From the NCBI GenBank assembly GCA_040773245.1, contig JAXGWO010000003.1:6629-70628 (forward strand): a DNA stretch of 64,000 nucleotides. The letters are read 5' to 3'. The position numbers and the translations under genes were made by a program. Every line of letters starts with the position of its first letter. Position 1 is the first letter of the stretch. The notes beneath the pieces were generated by a model that worked only from the letters and a program-made list of their open reading frames with translations, made no database searches and was not told the DNA's origin. Below, one piece after another: positions 36,344 through 45,417 of the stretch. This DNA is from PVC group bacterium. Lineage in GTDB: Bacteria; Auribacterota; Erginobacteria; Erginobacterales; Erginobacteraceae.

Positions 36344-37180
36344 ATGGAGAAGGATATCGACAAGATCATCAATTGCGCGGTGGTCCAGATGAACTCCGGA
36401 GAGGCGCTGGCCGAAAACCTCCGGCGGGCGGGGGAACTGGTGGCCGAGGCGTCCGCGGCCGGGGCCGAACTGGTAGCCCTGCCGGAGAACTTCGCCCGTA
36501 TGCGCAAGAACGACCGGGAACCGATCGTCGGCGAACCGGAAGAAGGACCGGTCCAGGCCTGGGCGAGGAAGACGGCGGCCGCCGAGGGGATCTACCTCCT
36601 GGCGGGGAGCTTTGCGGAAGCTGCCCCGCATCGGAGCAAGGTCTACAACACCTCGCTCCTAATCGATCCTCAGGGCCGCCTGGTCGCCGCCTACCGGAAG
36701 ATCCATCTCTTCGACGTCGCCGTCCCCGGCGGGGAGACCCACCGGGAATCGGACCGGGTGCTGGCGGGGAAGGAGGCGGTGACGGCGGAGATCCCCTGGG
36801 GGAAGGCGGGGTTCTCGATCTGTTACGACCTGAGGTTCCCCGAACTCTACCGGAGGCTGGCCGAGCAGGGGGCGCTGATCATCTTCGCCCCCGCCGCCTT
36901 CACCGAGCGAACCGGCCAGGCCCACTGGGAAATCCTGGTCCGGGCACGGGCGATCGAGAACCAGGTCTTTATGGTCGCCCCGGCCCAGGAAGGCGGCCAC
37001 CCCGGCGGGCGGCGGACTTACGGCCACAGCCTGATCGTCGATCCCTGGGGCGAGGTCCTGGCCGAGATCCCTCAAGGCGAGGGGATCGCCCTCGCCCGGC
37101 TGGACCTGGAACGCCAGGCCGAGATCCGCCAGGCGATGCCCTGCCTGGAACACCGGGTAATTCCGGGGCCGCCCACTTAA
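36344..37180 (+). CDS. Carbon-nitrogen hydrolase (nitrilase superfamily) protein; ~278 aa from ATG 36344 (track ORF begins earlier at 36254)
   Basis: INCAVVQMNSG ... ELVALPENF (Glu), K, and GFSICYDLRFPE (catalytic Cys) triad. Confidence 0.8.
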   Translation: MEKDIDKIINCAVVQMNSGEALAENLRRAGELVAEASAAGAELVALPENFARMRKNDREPIVGEPEEGPVQAWARKTAAAEGIYLLAGSFAEAAPHRSKVYNTSLLIDPQGRLVAAYRKIHLFDVAVPGGETHRESDRVLAGKEAVTAEIPWGKAGFSICYDLRFPELYRRLAEQGALIIFAPAAFTERTGQAHWEILVRARAIENQVFMVAPAQEGGHPGGRRTYGHSLIVDPWGEVLAEIPQGEGIALARLDLERQAEIRQAMPCLEHRVIPGPPT

Positions 37181-37254
37181 TTTCCCCGAGCCAGGTTGCC
37201 GGTCTTGACGTCTTCAGGAAGACTAAGGGGGCGGCCCCGGAATTATTTCTAACT

Positions 37255-37761
37255 TCAGGCGGCCTCGATCGCCTCGATGGCGGAGGCGACCAGGGCCTGG
37301 TCGAGGCAGCCGATGATCTGCTCGTCCCGCTCCGCCCCGACTTTCTCCTGGAGGAAGCCCCTCACCTTCTCCCGCCGCCAGCCCTTGTTCAGGGCCTTGG
37401 CCCAGAGAGCCCGCATCTGGGCGGCGGTGGCCTTCCCCGGGACCTCCGGGGCGTAAACCCCGTTGATCAGGCGGGAGAACTCCTTCCGGTCCGCCACCCC
37501 GACGATCTCGTCGGCCCGCGAGGTCCCCAGGTTCTTCTCCAGGTACTCCCGGACCTGCTCCTTGGACCAGCCGGCCGAGGAAGCCCGGGCGTAAAGGGCC
37601 CGGAGCTGTCCGGCCGTAACCTTGCCGGGCTCCCCCACGGCCTCGACCTCCCCCAGGAGCCGGCTGACGGCGGCGGCGACGTCCTCCGCCGGCTCCAGAT
37701 CCTGTTTCAGGGTCACCATCTTCTCCCCGATCTCGAACGACAGGCTGACCGTCTTCATCAT
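37255..37761 (-). CDS. Hypothetical protein with an internally duplicated ~35-aa module; 168 aa
   Basis: GKVTAGQLRALYARASSAGWSKEQVREYLEKNLG and GKATAAQMRALWAKALNKGWRREKVRGFLQEKVG are clear tandem repeats. No catalytic motif. Confidence 0.5.
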   Translation of the reverse strand: MMKTVSLSFEIGEKMVTLKQDLEPAEDVAAAVSRLLGEVEAVGEPGKVTAGQLRALYARASSAGWSKEQVREYLEKNLGTSRADEIVGVADRKEFSRLINGVYAPEVPGKATAAQMRALWAKALNKGWRREKVRGFLQEKVGAERDEQIIGCLDQALVASAIEAIEAA

Positions 37762-37847
37762 CCTCCCTCCTTGGTTCTCCGGCGGGAAGCCGGAAGTTCG
37801 CCTTTACCTGACAGTCGGTGGAGGGGAAGGATTTATTCCATTTTTTT

Positions 37848-37875
37848 TCATTTCCCGATGGGAATCGGGAAATGA
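37848..37875. promoter_or_regulatory. Perfect 12-bp inverted repeat TCATTTCCCGAT ggga ATCGGGAAATGA in the intergenic region upstream of the repeat-module gene, preceded by T8
   Basis: Read directly. Not a canonical terminator in either orientation. Candidate operator. Confidence 0.3.
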
Positions 37876-38004
37876 ACAAGTGAAGTCATTTCGAGGCGGG
37901 GGGATAAAGATAATCCGCGGCGAAGGCGGGTTCTCCACGGGGCAGGGCACTCCGGAGGACGGCCGGAGCCCGGCAAATTGGGCGCCGAACGAACCGGGCG
38001 GCGG

Positions 38005-39018
38005 TCAGACTTCCGGGGAGGCATTTTCCCCGGCCAGGAGTTTCTTCACCATCCTCGACTCCCAGGCGTAAAGCTGCTTGGCCTCCCGCAACGGGCGGGC
38101 GGGGGCGCCGAGGAGGATCTGGTCGGAAGCGACCTTCTTCTTGGCGGCCAGCCCGGACTTCCCGGCCATCATCACCCGGTCTCCGATCACGACGTGGTCG
38201 GCGATCCCGACCTGCCCGGCCATCATCACGTTCCTCCCCACCTTGACCGATCCGCTGATCCCGACCTGGGCGCAGAGCACCGAGTCCTCGCCGATCTCGT
38301 CGTTATGGGCGATCTGGACCAGGTTGTCGATCTTCACCCCCCGCCGAATGACCGTGTCGCCGAAGGTTCCCCGGTCGATGGTGGTGTTGCAGCCGATCTC
38401 GACGTCGTCCTCGATCACCACCCGGCCGACCTGGGGGATCTTCACGTTTCTCCCCTCCGGATCGGCGACATAACCGAAGCCGTCGCCCCCGATCACCGCG
38501 CCGGCGTGAATGATGCAGCGGTCGCCGATGACGTTGTTGTCGTTGACCACCGCGTGGGGGAAGAGCCGGGTATCGGCGCCGACCCGGGAGTTCATCCCGA
38601 CCAAGGCTCCCGCCCCGATCACCGCCCGGTCGCCGATGACCGCCCCCTCCTCGATCACCGCCCCGGGCTGGATGGATACCCCCTCCCCGATCCGGGCCGC
38701 CGGGCTGACCACGGCGGTGGGCGCGATCCCGGGGGCGTATTTCCGCGGCGGGAAGAAGATTTGGGCCAGCCGGGCGAAGGCCAGCCGGGGATTCTTCACC
38801 CGAACCAGAGGTTTGGAGGAGGTCTCGATATCCGCCGGCACGATCACCGCGGCCGCCGGGGATTCCTCGGCCGCCTTCATAAACCTCCGTTTCTCGATCC
38901 AGGCCAGGGACCCCTCCCCCGCGTTCTCCAGGCCGGAAATGGTCCGAACGGCCACCGCCGGATCTCCGATCACTTCCCCGCCGATCCGCTCGGCGACTTC
39001 CTGCAGCGTCATTTCCAT
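38005..39018 (-). CDS. lpxD: UDP-3-O-(3-hydroxyacyl)glucosamine N-acyltransferase LpxD; 337 aa
   Basis: N-terminal LpxD domain ([35 protein letters not shown]) followed by long left-handed beta-helix hexapeptide repeats and a C-terminal helix. Confidence 0.85.
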   Translation of the reverse strand: MEMTLQEVAERIGGEVIGDPAVAVRTISGLENAGEGSLAWIEKRRFMKAAEESPAAAVIVPADIETSSKPLVRVKNPRLAFARLAQIFFPPRKYAPGIAPTAVVSPAARIGEGVSIQPGAVIEEGAVIGDRAVIGAGALVGMNSRVGADTRLFPHAVVNDNNVIGDRCIIHAGAVIGGDGFGYVADPEGRNVKIPQVGRVVIEDDVEIGCNTTIDRGTFGDTVIRRGVKIDNLVQIAHNDEIGEDSVLCAQVGISGSVKVGRNVMMAGQVGIADHVVIGDRVMMAGKSGLAAKKKVASDQILLGAPARPLREAKQLYAWESRMVKKLLAGENASPEV

Positions 39019-39063
39019 AATTTCCTCCCTCTGACTGGAATTTCCGTTTCGATGGCTCCGAGG

Positions 39064-39978
39064 TCAGGTTAACGCCGGACCGGGCCTGACCGCAATCACA
39101 ATATCCTGCCCGCTCACCCCGTCGGGACGGCCGCTCCAGAAACCGTAATGGATCGGTTCGACGATCTCGAGCCCGGCCCGGCAGTAGAGTTCCCGGACAT
39201 AGGGTTCCTCGAAGGCGATCGCCTTCTCCGGTTCCGAACGGCTGACGGCCAAGCCGTGTAAAACCGGATAGCAGAAATCAAACTGGCTGAGCCCGGCGGC
39301 CAGGCCGACCCGGGATTCCTCGTTGAGCAGGAAGAAGGTATGGAGAGACCGGCCGCCCGGCTTCAGCACCCGGCGGGTCTCCCGGAGATACTGTTCCACG
39401 ACTTGCGATTGCAGGTGGGTGAAGACCGACTTGGTGAAGACCAGGTCGAACCGGTTGTCGGCATAGGGAAAACTGAACCGGCGGGCGCTTTCCCGTCCCC
39501 CGGGATGGTAGGTCGGGTTGGCCAGGTCGATATGGCGGAAGTGGAAGTTGGGATAACGGGAGGAAATATTCTCCCGGCACCATCTGATTCCATCCCGGCG
39601 GATATCGAATCCGCAGTACTCCCCGTCAGCGTTGAGGTACCGCGCCAGGGGGGTGGCGCACCGCCCGATCCCGCACCCGATGTCGAGGACACTCCCATCC
39701 GGAGGCAGCCCGCCGAAGCGGGCAAAATAACCGACAAACTCCTCTCCCACCCGGGCGAAATCCGGGTCAAAGCCGTAGACGAAGGAGAGATGACGCGGAG
39801 GCTTCTCGCCGCTGTCCCGGTGACGACGGAAGAGCCGGTAATATCCCCGTCCGAGCGCGTGATAGGCCGGGCTGGGAAGATGACGCACGGTCCACCGGTG
39901 CAGGATCCGGCCGGCCTTCTTGATGACCATAGATCTTCTCACTCCGTCCGCTCCGGTCAGGTCGGTACCATCAGGCAA
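39064..39978 (-). CDS. Class I SAM-dependent methyltransferase; 304 aa
   Basis: Motif I VLDIGCGIGRCATPLA and downstream acidic loop DLVFTKSVFTHL. Confidence 0.7.
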   Translation of the reverse strand: MPDGTDLTGADGVRRSMVIKKAGRILHRWTVRHLPSPAYHALGRGYYRLFRRHRDSGEKPPRHLSFVYGFDPDFARVGEEFVGYFARFGGLPPDGSVLDIGCGIGRCATPLARYLNADGEYCGFDIRRDGIRWCRENISSRYPNFHFRHIDLANPTYHPGGRESARRFSFPYADNRFDLVFTKSVFTHLQSQVVEQYLRETRRVLKPGGRSLHTFFLLNEESRVGLAAGLSQFDFCYPVLHGLAVSRSEPEKAIAFEEPYVRELYCRAGLEIVEPIHYGFWSGRPDGVSGQDIVIAVRPGPALT

Positions 39979-41008
39979 ACCGGGCGTAGATCCTCTCGTG
40001 TTCGGCCAGAAAACGGTCGAGCGAGAAATATCGGGCCGCTCCGGCCGGCGGGCCGCTCAGTTCCGCCAGATTATCCCTCAATTCGGCAATCGCCCCGGCG
40101 AGGCTCCCGGAACTCCAGCCGCGGACCACGACCCCGCACCGCTGCTCGCGGACGAAATCCGCCATCGCGATCCGGTCGTTGAGAATCAGGGGCCGGCCGA
40201 CCTGGAGCGCCTCGATCAGGGAATGGGGATAAGACTTGACCAGGCCGGCGTCTTGGGCCAGGAGGATGGCCGCGTGACCCGCCGCCATCAACCCGCGGAC
40301 GTCGACCCGGCCGGTGACCAGGCTGACTTGAGCCTCCAGCCGGCAGCGCCGGATCAGGGCGCGCAGGTCGCCGTCGCCAACGCCCCTCCCGACCAGCTGC
40401 AATCGGAGATCCGGCAGCTTCCGGACCGTCTCCAGCAGGAGAACGAACCCCTTGGTCCGCAGCTGGCGCCTGGTCCAGGGCCCGGACGCGCAGGTAATTA
40501 TCAAAGGCGGCGGACCGGGGGCAGGTCCGTAATCCCGGGCGGGGGGAGGGAGGCCCGGGAGAATGCGGCTCGCGCCGATCCCCCATTTCCTTTTCACCTC
40601 GGCGACGACCCGGGGATCGGCGGAGATGACGTGCTTAAGCCACCCCGGACCTTTTCGGCCCCGGACCGTCCGGGAAGCGGAGATGGTGCAGACCACTGGC
40701 AACTCAAGCCGCCGCAAAAACGGGAAATCCAGGAAACGGGCGCAATAAAGGTGCACACAGTCATATTGTCGCCGGATCCGGGTGGCGTCTCCCGCCAGAG
40801 TACGCCCATACCAACTCCGGGGAATAAACGCGCGGGGTCTCTTTAATGGATAAGCCGTAACCAGGTCGCCCCCGAAGTTGTCCTTGAGCAGAGAGGCTTC
40901 CTGGAATACGGCGTCCGTTCCCCCGATTTCGGGAAAGGGCGCGGTCATCACATAAAGAATGTTTATGGCGCCTCCTCGGGGATGAACAACCCGTTGCGAT
41001 CCCCCCAT
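39971..41008 (-). CDS. Glycosyltransferase family 1 (GT4-like); 345 aa
   Basis: C-terminal GT-B domain with EGFGLPLIEA-like SYPHSLIEALQVGRPLI. Confidence 0.65.
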   Translation of the reverse strand: MGGSQRVVHPRGGAINILYVMTAPFPEIGGTDAVFQEASLLKDNFGGDLVTAYPLKRPRAFIPRSWYGRTLAGDATRIRRQYDCVHLYCARFLDFPFLRRLELPVVCTISASRTVRGRKGPGWLKHVISADPRVVAEVKRKWGIGASRILPGLPPPARDYGPAPGPPPLIITCASGPWTRRQLRTKGFVLLLETVRKLPDLRLQLVGRGVGDGDLRALIRRCRLEAQVSLVTGRVDVRGLMAAGHAAILLAQDAGLVKSYPHSLIEALQVGRPLILNDRIAMADFVREQRCGVVVRGWSSGSLAGAIAELRDNLAELSGPPAGAARYFSLDRFLAEHERIYARFA

Positions 41009-41940
41009 CTCCCCAGCAGGCCGTCCCGCCCGGCCAGGAGAAGGGCGCGGGCCTGGAGCCGGTTGCCGGAGAGGCCCGCCCGCCCGGCCGCCGCCGCGGT
41101 GAGCCCGGACCAGTAAACAACCATCCCCAGCGATTTCAGTCCCCGGTAATGCTTGCGGACGAACAGGAACCGGTTGCGGAACGAATAGTAGGGATAGAGA
41201 TCATTGCGGCGGCCGGATTTTTCCACGTCGTGGTTGACGGCCACCTCCCGGTTGACGGCGCACTTCCAGCCCCGGTCCCGGATCCGGCGGCAGTAATCGG
41301 CCACCTCGCCGCTGAAGAAGTAATCCTCGTCGAGGAGACCGCATTGCTCGAACACCGAGCGGCGGATCACGATCAGGGTTCCCGGAACATAATCCACGAT
41401 GACCGGGGGCCCCGGTTCCTCCGAGGGCGACAGGGACCTTCTCGTTTCCAGAAAACGCCCGATGTCCCGGCCCCCCGCAAACCGCCTCTCCCCCTCCCGG
41501 AGGACCGGTCCGACAGCGCCGATCTCCGGATACCGGGCCAGGGTATCGATCAGGCGGATCAGGGTCTCCTCGGCAAAGTCCGCGTCGTAATTGCAGAGGG
41601 CGACCTGTCCGACGTCCTTCTCCAGCGCCTTCTCTATCCCGCGGTTACTTCCCCCGGCGAAACCTCCATTTTCCTGGTTGAATACCAGTTCCGCTCTTCC
41701 GGCCAGCGCCCCGGCCAGCAAATCCCGATCGGCCGGTTCGGAAGCGTTGTCCACGATCAGGACATCGGGCCGGAGTTCGCGCCACCGGAGCACCCGATTG
41801 ACGCAGCGGATGGTCTCCCCGGCGTGGTTCCAGTTGATGAAGACCACGGCTGTCGAATGTTCGGCGCTCCAGGAAATCCCGCCCTCGGGAGCCGGCTGAT
41901 CACAATTTTCTTGCATCTGAACCGGAGTGTGATATAGCAA
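40963..41940 (-). CDS. Glycosyltransferase family 2; 325 aa
   Basis: GT-A fold N-terminus VVFINWNHAGETIRCVNRVL ... VLIVDNASEP and DxD region. Confidence 0.7.
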   Translation of the reverse strand: MLYHTPVQMQENCDQPAPEGGISWSAEHSTAVVFINWNHAGETIRCVNRVLRWRELRPDVLIVDNASEPADRDLLAGALAGRAELVFNQENGGFAGGSNRGIEKALEKDVGQVALCNYDADFAEETLIRLIDTLARYPEIGAVGPVLREGERRFAGGRDIGRFLETRRSLSPSEEPGPPVIVDYVPGTLIVIRRSVFEQCGLLDEDYFFSGEVADYCRRIRDRGWKCAVNREVAVNHDVEKSGRRNDLYPYYSFRNRFLFVRKHYRGLKSLGMVVYWSGLTAAAAGRAGLSGNRLQARALLLAGRDGLLGRWGDRNGLFIPEEAP

Positions 41941-41950
41941 ATCCTGCTGC

Positions 41951-42024
41951 GGCGGAGTAGCTCAGCTGGTTAGAGCAGCGGAATCATAATCCGCGTGTCG
42001 GGGGTTCGAGTCCCTCCTCCGCTA
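41951..42024 (+). tRNA. tRNA with anticodon CAT (elongator tRNA-Met or tRNA-Ile2/lysidine type); 74 nt, CCA not encoded
   Basis: Cloverleaf read by eye. Acceptor GGCGGAG/CTCCGCT (one G-U). D-arm GCTC-AGCTGGTTA-GAGC. Anticodon stem GCGGA/TCCGC with loop ATCATAA. Variable loop GTGTC. T-arm GGGGG-TTCGAGT-CCCTC. Discriminator A. Anticodon stem lacks the three G:C pairs of an initiator tRNA. Confidence 0.85.
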
Positions 42025-42170
42025 TTCCCGATTTCCCCGGCCGCCGGCCGGGGCAATCGGGAAGTGAAGTTTTCTCTCTCCAAACGGGCTGAAGAATTCT
42101 CCGACGACGGCTCGATCGGCAGACTTCCCTCCCTTCTCCGTTCAGCTTGACCATCTTCTGCGCCCCCGGT

Positions 42171-42899
42171 TCAGGGGGCCGGATGGCCGACGGGGATGAG
42201 GTAGAGCGGGGTCTCCCGCTCCAGCCCCAGGACCTCCTGCACCGCCTCGTCCCGGAAAGCCCCCACGATCACCGAACCGAGGCCGAGCGCCCGGGCCTGG
42301 AGGGAGACGTTCTGGCCGGAGTGGCCGGCGTCCATCGGGACGTAGCGGTTCTCCCCCCTTTCCCCGTAGCGGGCCGCGGTCCGGGGGATATCCCCGGCGA
42401 TAACGATCACGGCCGGCGCACCCCCGACACACCCCTGGCCGTACGAGGCCCGGGCCAGGGCATCCCGATGATCGCCCGGACGGAGGGGGTGAAGGGAATT
42501 TCCTTCCCAGCCGTAACGGTAGATCCCCGGGGGAAGCCCCTCGACCCCGCCGGCAGCCAGGAGGATGGAAAGGGGATAGATCCCCCCGGCCGAAGGGTAG
42601 GAACGGGTCGGTCCGGTAATCCCGTCAATTGTTTTGCCCCCCGCGGCCCAGAGAAGCTGGGAGACCTGGGTCAGGGTCAGGGGCCGGGGGGAGAAGGAGC
42701 GGACCGAGCGGCGGGTCTGGATCGCCTCCTCGAGCGTGGTCTCACCGCGGGTGGACGGGGGGGGAAGAGTGATGGCGGACGGGGGCGGGCCGGCCGGGAT
42801 GCCGGGTTCATCGCCGTGACAGGCCGGAACAGCCAGCAAGCCAAAGAGAAGAAGGAGAAAACTGCGGACGGCAGCTATTTCCCGCGCCCCGATCTTCAT
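42171..42899 (-). CDS. Secreted nitroreductase-superfamily (SagB-type dehydrogenase-like) protein; 242 aa
   Basis: Signal peptide. EAIQTRRSVRSFSPRPLTLTQVSQLLWAAGG and YPSAGGIYP motifs typical of SagB/ThcOx-type nitroreductase domains. Confidence 0.55.
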   Translation of the reverse strand: MKIGAREIAAVRSFLLLLFGLLAVPACHGDEPGIPAGPPPSAITLPPPSTRGETTLEEAIQTRRSVRSFSPRPLTLTQVSQLLWAAGGKTIDGITGPTRSYPSAGGIYPLSILLAAGGVEGLPPGIYRYGWEGNSLHPLRPGDHRDALARASYGQGCVGGAPAVIVIAGDIPRTAARYGERGENRYVPMDAGHSGQNVSLQARALGLGSVIVGAFRDEAVQEVLGLERETPLYLIPVGHPAP

Positions 42900-44779
42900 T
42901 TTCCCGAGCTTTTCCCCGCCTGCTCCTTCGCCCGGACATCGTCGATGGCCGACTTTGCCGCCTGAATCCTCTCCATCGGGACGTCGACCGCCGCCTTCAG
43001 GTTCGGGCCGTCCACGGTCAGGTAGGCGACCAGGGGGAGGTCGAGCCGGCCCAGGGCCCGGATGACCTCGCCCGCCGGCGGCGCGGCCGGGGGCGGAGGC
43101 GGTGGGCTGGCCAGATCGATCATCGGCGCCAGGAAGTCGTTCAGGTAGCGGCTGAGGGAGAAATATATCACCCCGTTGGCGTCCGACCAGGACGCTCCCA
43201 GACGGTCGGTGTCGAAGGAACTTTTTCCGGCCGCGATCCGTTCCAGCCGGTCCTTGAGGTTGGGCTCTCCCCCCCAGGACATCTCGGTCACGGCCACGGC
43301 CAGGTCCTCGGAGGCGGCCATCTGGACCACCAGGGGAGCTTCCATCAGGGTGAAGATCTTCTTCTGATCCCCGGGGATCTCCTGCCCCTGGGAGAGCTTC
43401 TTGAAGTCGAAAGTCATCCGCAGGGTGTAGATCTCGACCTTCCCGAAGATCTCCGGTTTCTCCACCCCCGAATCATCGACGCTGATGCCCAGCCCGGCGT
43501 AGAACGGGGCCAGGATTTCCCGGTTGGAAAGTACACTCTTCCGGATGTATTCCCGAAAGGCCTTAACTGACCGGATCCTCTGGATGGTGACCCCGGTCAT
43601 AAAGCATCCCGGAGAGGAGGAGACCGAGAAGGCCAGCTCGTCGCCGGCGCATTCTTTCAGGTAATCCTCCATCAGGGGAAGATAGGAGCTCCAGACCGCG
43701 GCCAGCGGCCGGGAGGCCTCCCGGCCGCCATCGTCCTCGCCGGTTTCCGGCAGAGCCTGCTGGAAGACAGCGAAGAGCCGCGCGTAAACATCCGCCAGCA
43801 TCTCCGGCTCGTCGATCCGGCCGGAGAAGGCCAGCCAGGGCGAAGGCTCGAGGAAACGGGCCAGGGACAGTTTGCCCTTCTTCTGGGCGGAGAGGAACCT
43901 GGCCAGGCCGGTCCCCGGACGCGCCTGGATCATCTCCTCCAGCTTGACCCCGGAGCCGTCCAGGGTCAACCCGCCGAGGTAATTGTCAACCTGCCGGGCA
44001 TAGTGGAGGTAGAGATCGAGGTAGGCCTGGGCCTGGGCCTGGAAGTTTCCCGTTGGCAGGCTGGCACCTTCCGGAGAGACCGGAATCCTGCCCAGCACCT
44101 CGCGCAGCGATTCTTCCGCGATCTCCAGAAGGGGCTCGACCCGCACCTTGGCCACCAGGGCCCCGGAGATTGGAACCGGAAAGTCGGCGGGAACCAGGGA
44201 AGCCACATCCTTCAGGAGCTCCGGCCGGGGGGAGATCCAGGCCCGCTTCTCCTGCCAGGCCACCGCCAGGATCTTCTCCCGGGTTCGATAGAAGGAATCC
44301 ATATCCTTCCGCTCCTCCGGGTCGGCGGCCCCGAAGGCCTCGCTGTCCAATTCCCTGATCTCCCGGCGGTAAAGGCTGATCCCGGTCTTCTCGTCGGAGG
44401 ACTGCAGTTCCCAGCTCTTGACCAGGGCCCGCCGGTAAGCTTCGGGCGAGGAGAGGGACAGGGAGACCGCCCAGGCCTCAGCCTGATCCGGCTGGAAACT
44501 GGCCAGGACGGCCGGCCCCGACAGATCGACCCCGAGCAGGTCGGGGTTCTCGATCATCCGCCCCAACTGCCGCGTCACGGAGCCGGCGACCGGAGGGGGG
44601 ACTTCCAGCTTCAGAAGCCCCTGGAGAAAGCCCTCCAGCCCCTTGAGCATCCCGTCGGGGTTTTCCACCCGCAGGTAACCAAGCAGGGCGGGGGGCAATT
44701 CCGCCGCCGGCGCGGGAGCAAATGCCGCCCCCAGAAAAGCCGAAACCACGACCAGCACAGCAAAATTCATCTTCGACAT
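42896..44779 (-). CDS. Hypothetical secreted protein; 627 aa
   Basis: N-terminal signal peptide (MSKMNFAVLVVVSAFLGAAFAPAPAAE). No recognisable motif. 4-nt overlap with the SagB-like gene. Confidence 0.5.
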   Translation of the reverse strand: MSKMNFAVLVVVSAFLGAAFAPAPAAELPPALLGYLRVENPDGMLKGLEGFLQGLLKLEVPPPVAGSVTRQLGRMIENPDLLGVDLSGPAVLASFQPDQAEAWAVSLSLSSPEAYRRALVKSWELQSSDEKTGISLYRREIRELDSEAFGAADPEERKDMDSFYRTREKILAVAWQEKRAWISPRPELLKDVASLVPADFPVPISGALVAKVRVEPLLEIAEESLREVLGRIPVSPEGASLPTGNFQAQAQAYLDLYLHYARQVDNYLGGLTLDGSGVKLEEMIQARPGTGLARFLSAQKKGKLSLARFLEPSPWLAFSGRIDEPEMLADVYARLFAVFQQALPETGEDDGGREASRPLAAVWSSYLPLMEDYLKECAGDELAFSVSSSPGCFMTGVTIQRIRSVKAFREYIRKSVLSNREILAPFYAGLGISVDDSGVEKPEIFGKVEIYTLRMTFDFKKLSQGQEIPGDQKKIFTLMEAPLVVQMAASEDLAVAVTEMSWGGEPNLKDRLERIAAGKSSFDTDRLGASWSDANGVIYFSLSRYLNDFLAPMIDLASPPPPPPAAPPAGEVIRALGRLDLPLVAYLTVDGPNLKAAVDVPMERIQAAKSAIDDVRAKEQAGKSSGK

Positions 44780-44803
44780 CTGAGACCTCCTGTAAGGAAA
44801 AAA

Positions 44804-44831
44804 TTGGAATTTGTTGATTCCATATTATACT
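44804..44831 (+). promoter_or_regulatory. Candidate sigma70-type promoter TTGGAA-16 nt-TATACT in the AT-rich divergent intergenic region upstream of the ParB-like gene
   Basis: Read directly. -35 at 44804-44809, -10 at 44826-44831, 62 nt upstream of the ATG at 44893. Confidence 0.25.
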
Positions 44832-44892
44832 ATGAGAGCGAAGAAACGCTAAGGACAAATTCACCAGACCGGCACCGGCGAGGAGTTTCCTG

Positions 44893-45417
44893 ATGAAGAT
44901 ACCGATCGGTAGTATCACCCTGGACGAAGAATCGAGGATCCGGCAGGATCCGGGGGATATCGCTTCCCTGGAGAACTCGATCCGCAAGGTGGGACTGTTG
45001 AACCCGATCCTGGTCGACGAGAGCAACCGGCTGGTCGCCGGCTACCGGCGGCTGGCGGCCTGCCGCAACATCGGCTGGACGGAGATCGATGTTTCCGTCG
45101 TCCGGTTCGAGGGCGACCTGTTGAAGCTGCTCGAGGCCGAGGCGGATGAAAACCTCCTGCGGAAGGACTTCACCCCGGAGGAGATCGAATCGATCGAGCA
45201 GCGCCGCGAGGAGATCCTCCGGAAACTGAGGGGCGGCATCTGGCGGAGGCTCTGGCGGTGGCTGAAGAAAATCTTCCGGCGCGGATCAGGAGAAGGTGGG
45301 AAGGATAGAAAAACCGATCGAGGCGGCGGCGAAGAGGAAAAAAACCGTCACCAGCCCGTAACCGACCGGGCGTTCCCACCGGACCGGGAAGAGAGAACTC
45401 CAGCCCAGGGGAAATAA
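44893..45417 (+). CDS. ParB-like nuclease (ParB/Srx N-terminal) domain protein; 174 aa, C-terminal tail possibly over-extended
   Basis: GLLNPILVDESNRLVAGYRRLAACRNIGWTEIDVSVV matches the ParB N-terminal domain. The last ~45 aa are low-complexity and overlap the convergent membrane-protein gene. Confidence 0.6.
   Translation: MKIPIGSITLDEESRIRQDPGDIASLENSIRKVGLLNPILVDESNRLVAGYRRLAACRNIGWTEIDVSVVRFEGDLLKLLEAEADENLLRKDFTPEEIESIEQRREEILRKLRGGIWRRLWRWLKKIFRRGSGEGGKDRKTDRGGGEEEKNRHQPVTDRAFPPDREERTPAQGK

Noticed and set aside
36373-40846. Plus-strand ORFs 36373-37875, 37978-39072, 39340-40182, 39920-40846
   Set aside because: Out of frame or antisense to the nitrilase-family gene, lpxD, the SAM MTase and the GT1 gene. 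No motifs. High-GC artefacts.
41951-42024. Initiator tRNA-fMet identity for the CAT tRNA
   Set aside because: Anticodon stem is GCGGA/TCCGC rather than three consecutive G:C pairs. Position 1-72 is a G-U wobble rather than the C-A mismatch typical of bacterial initiators. Elongator Met or Ile2 is more likely.
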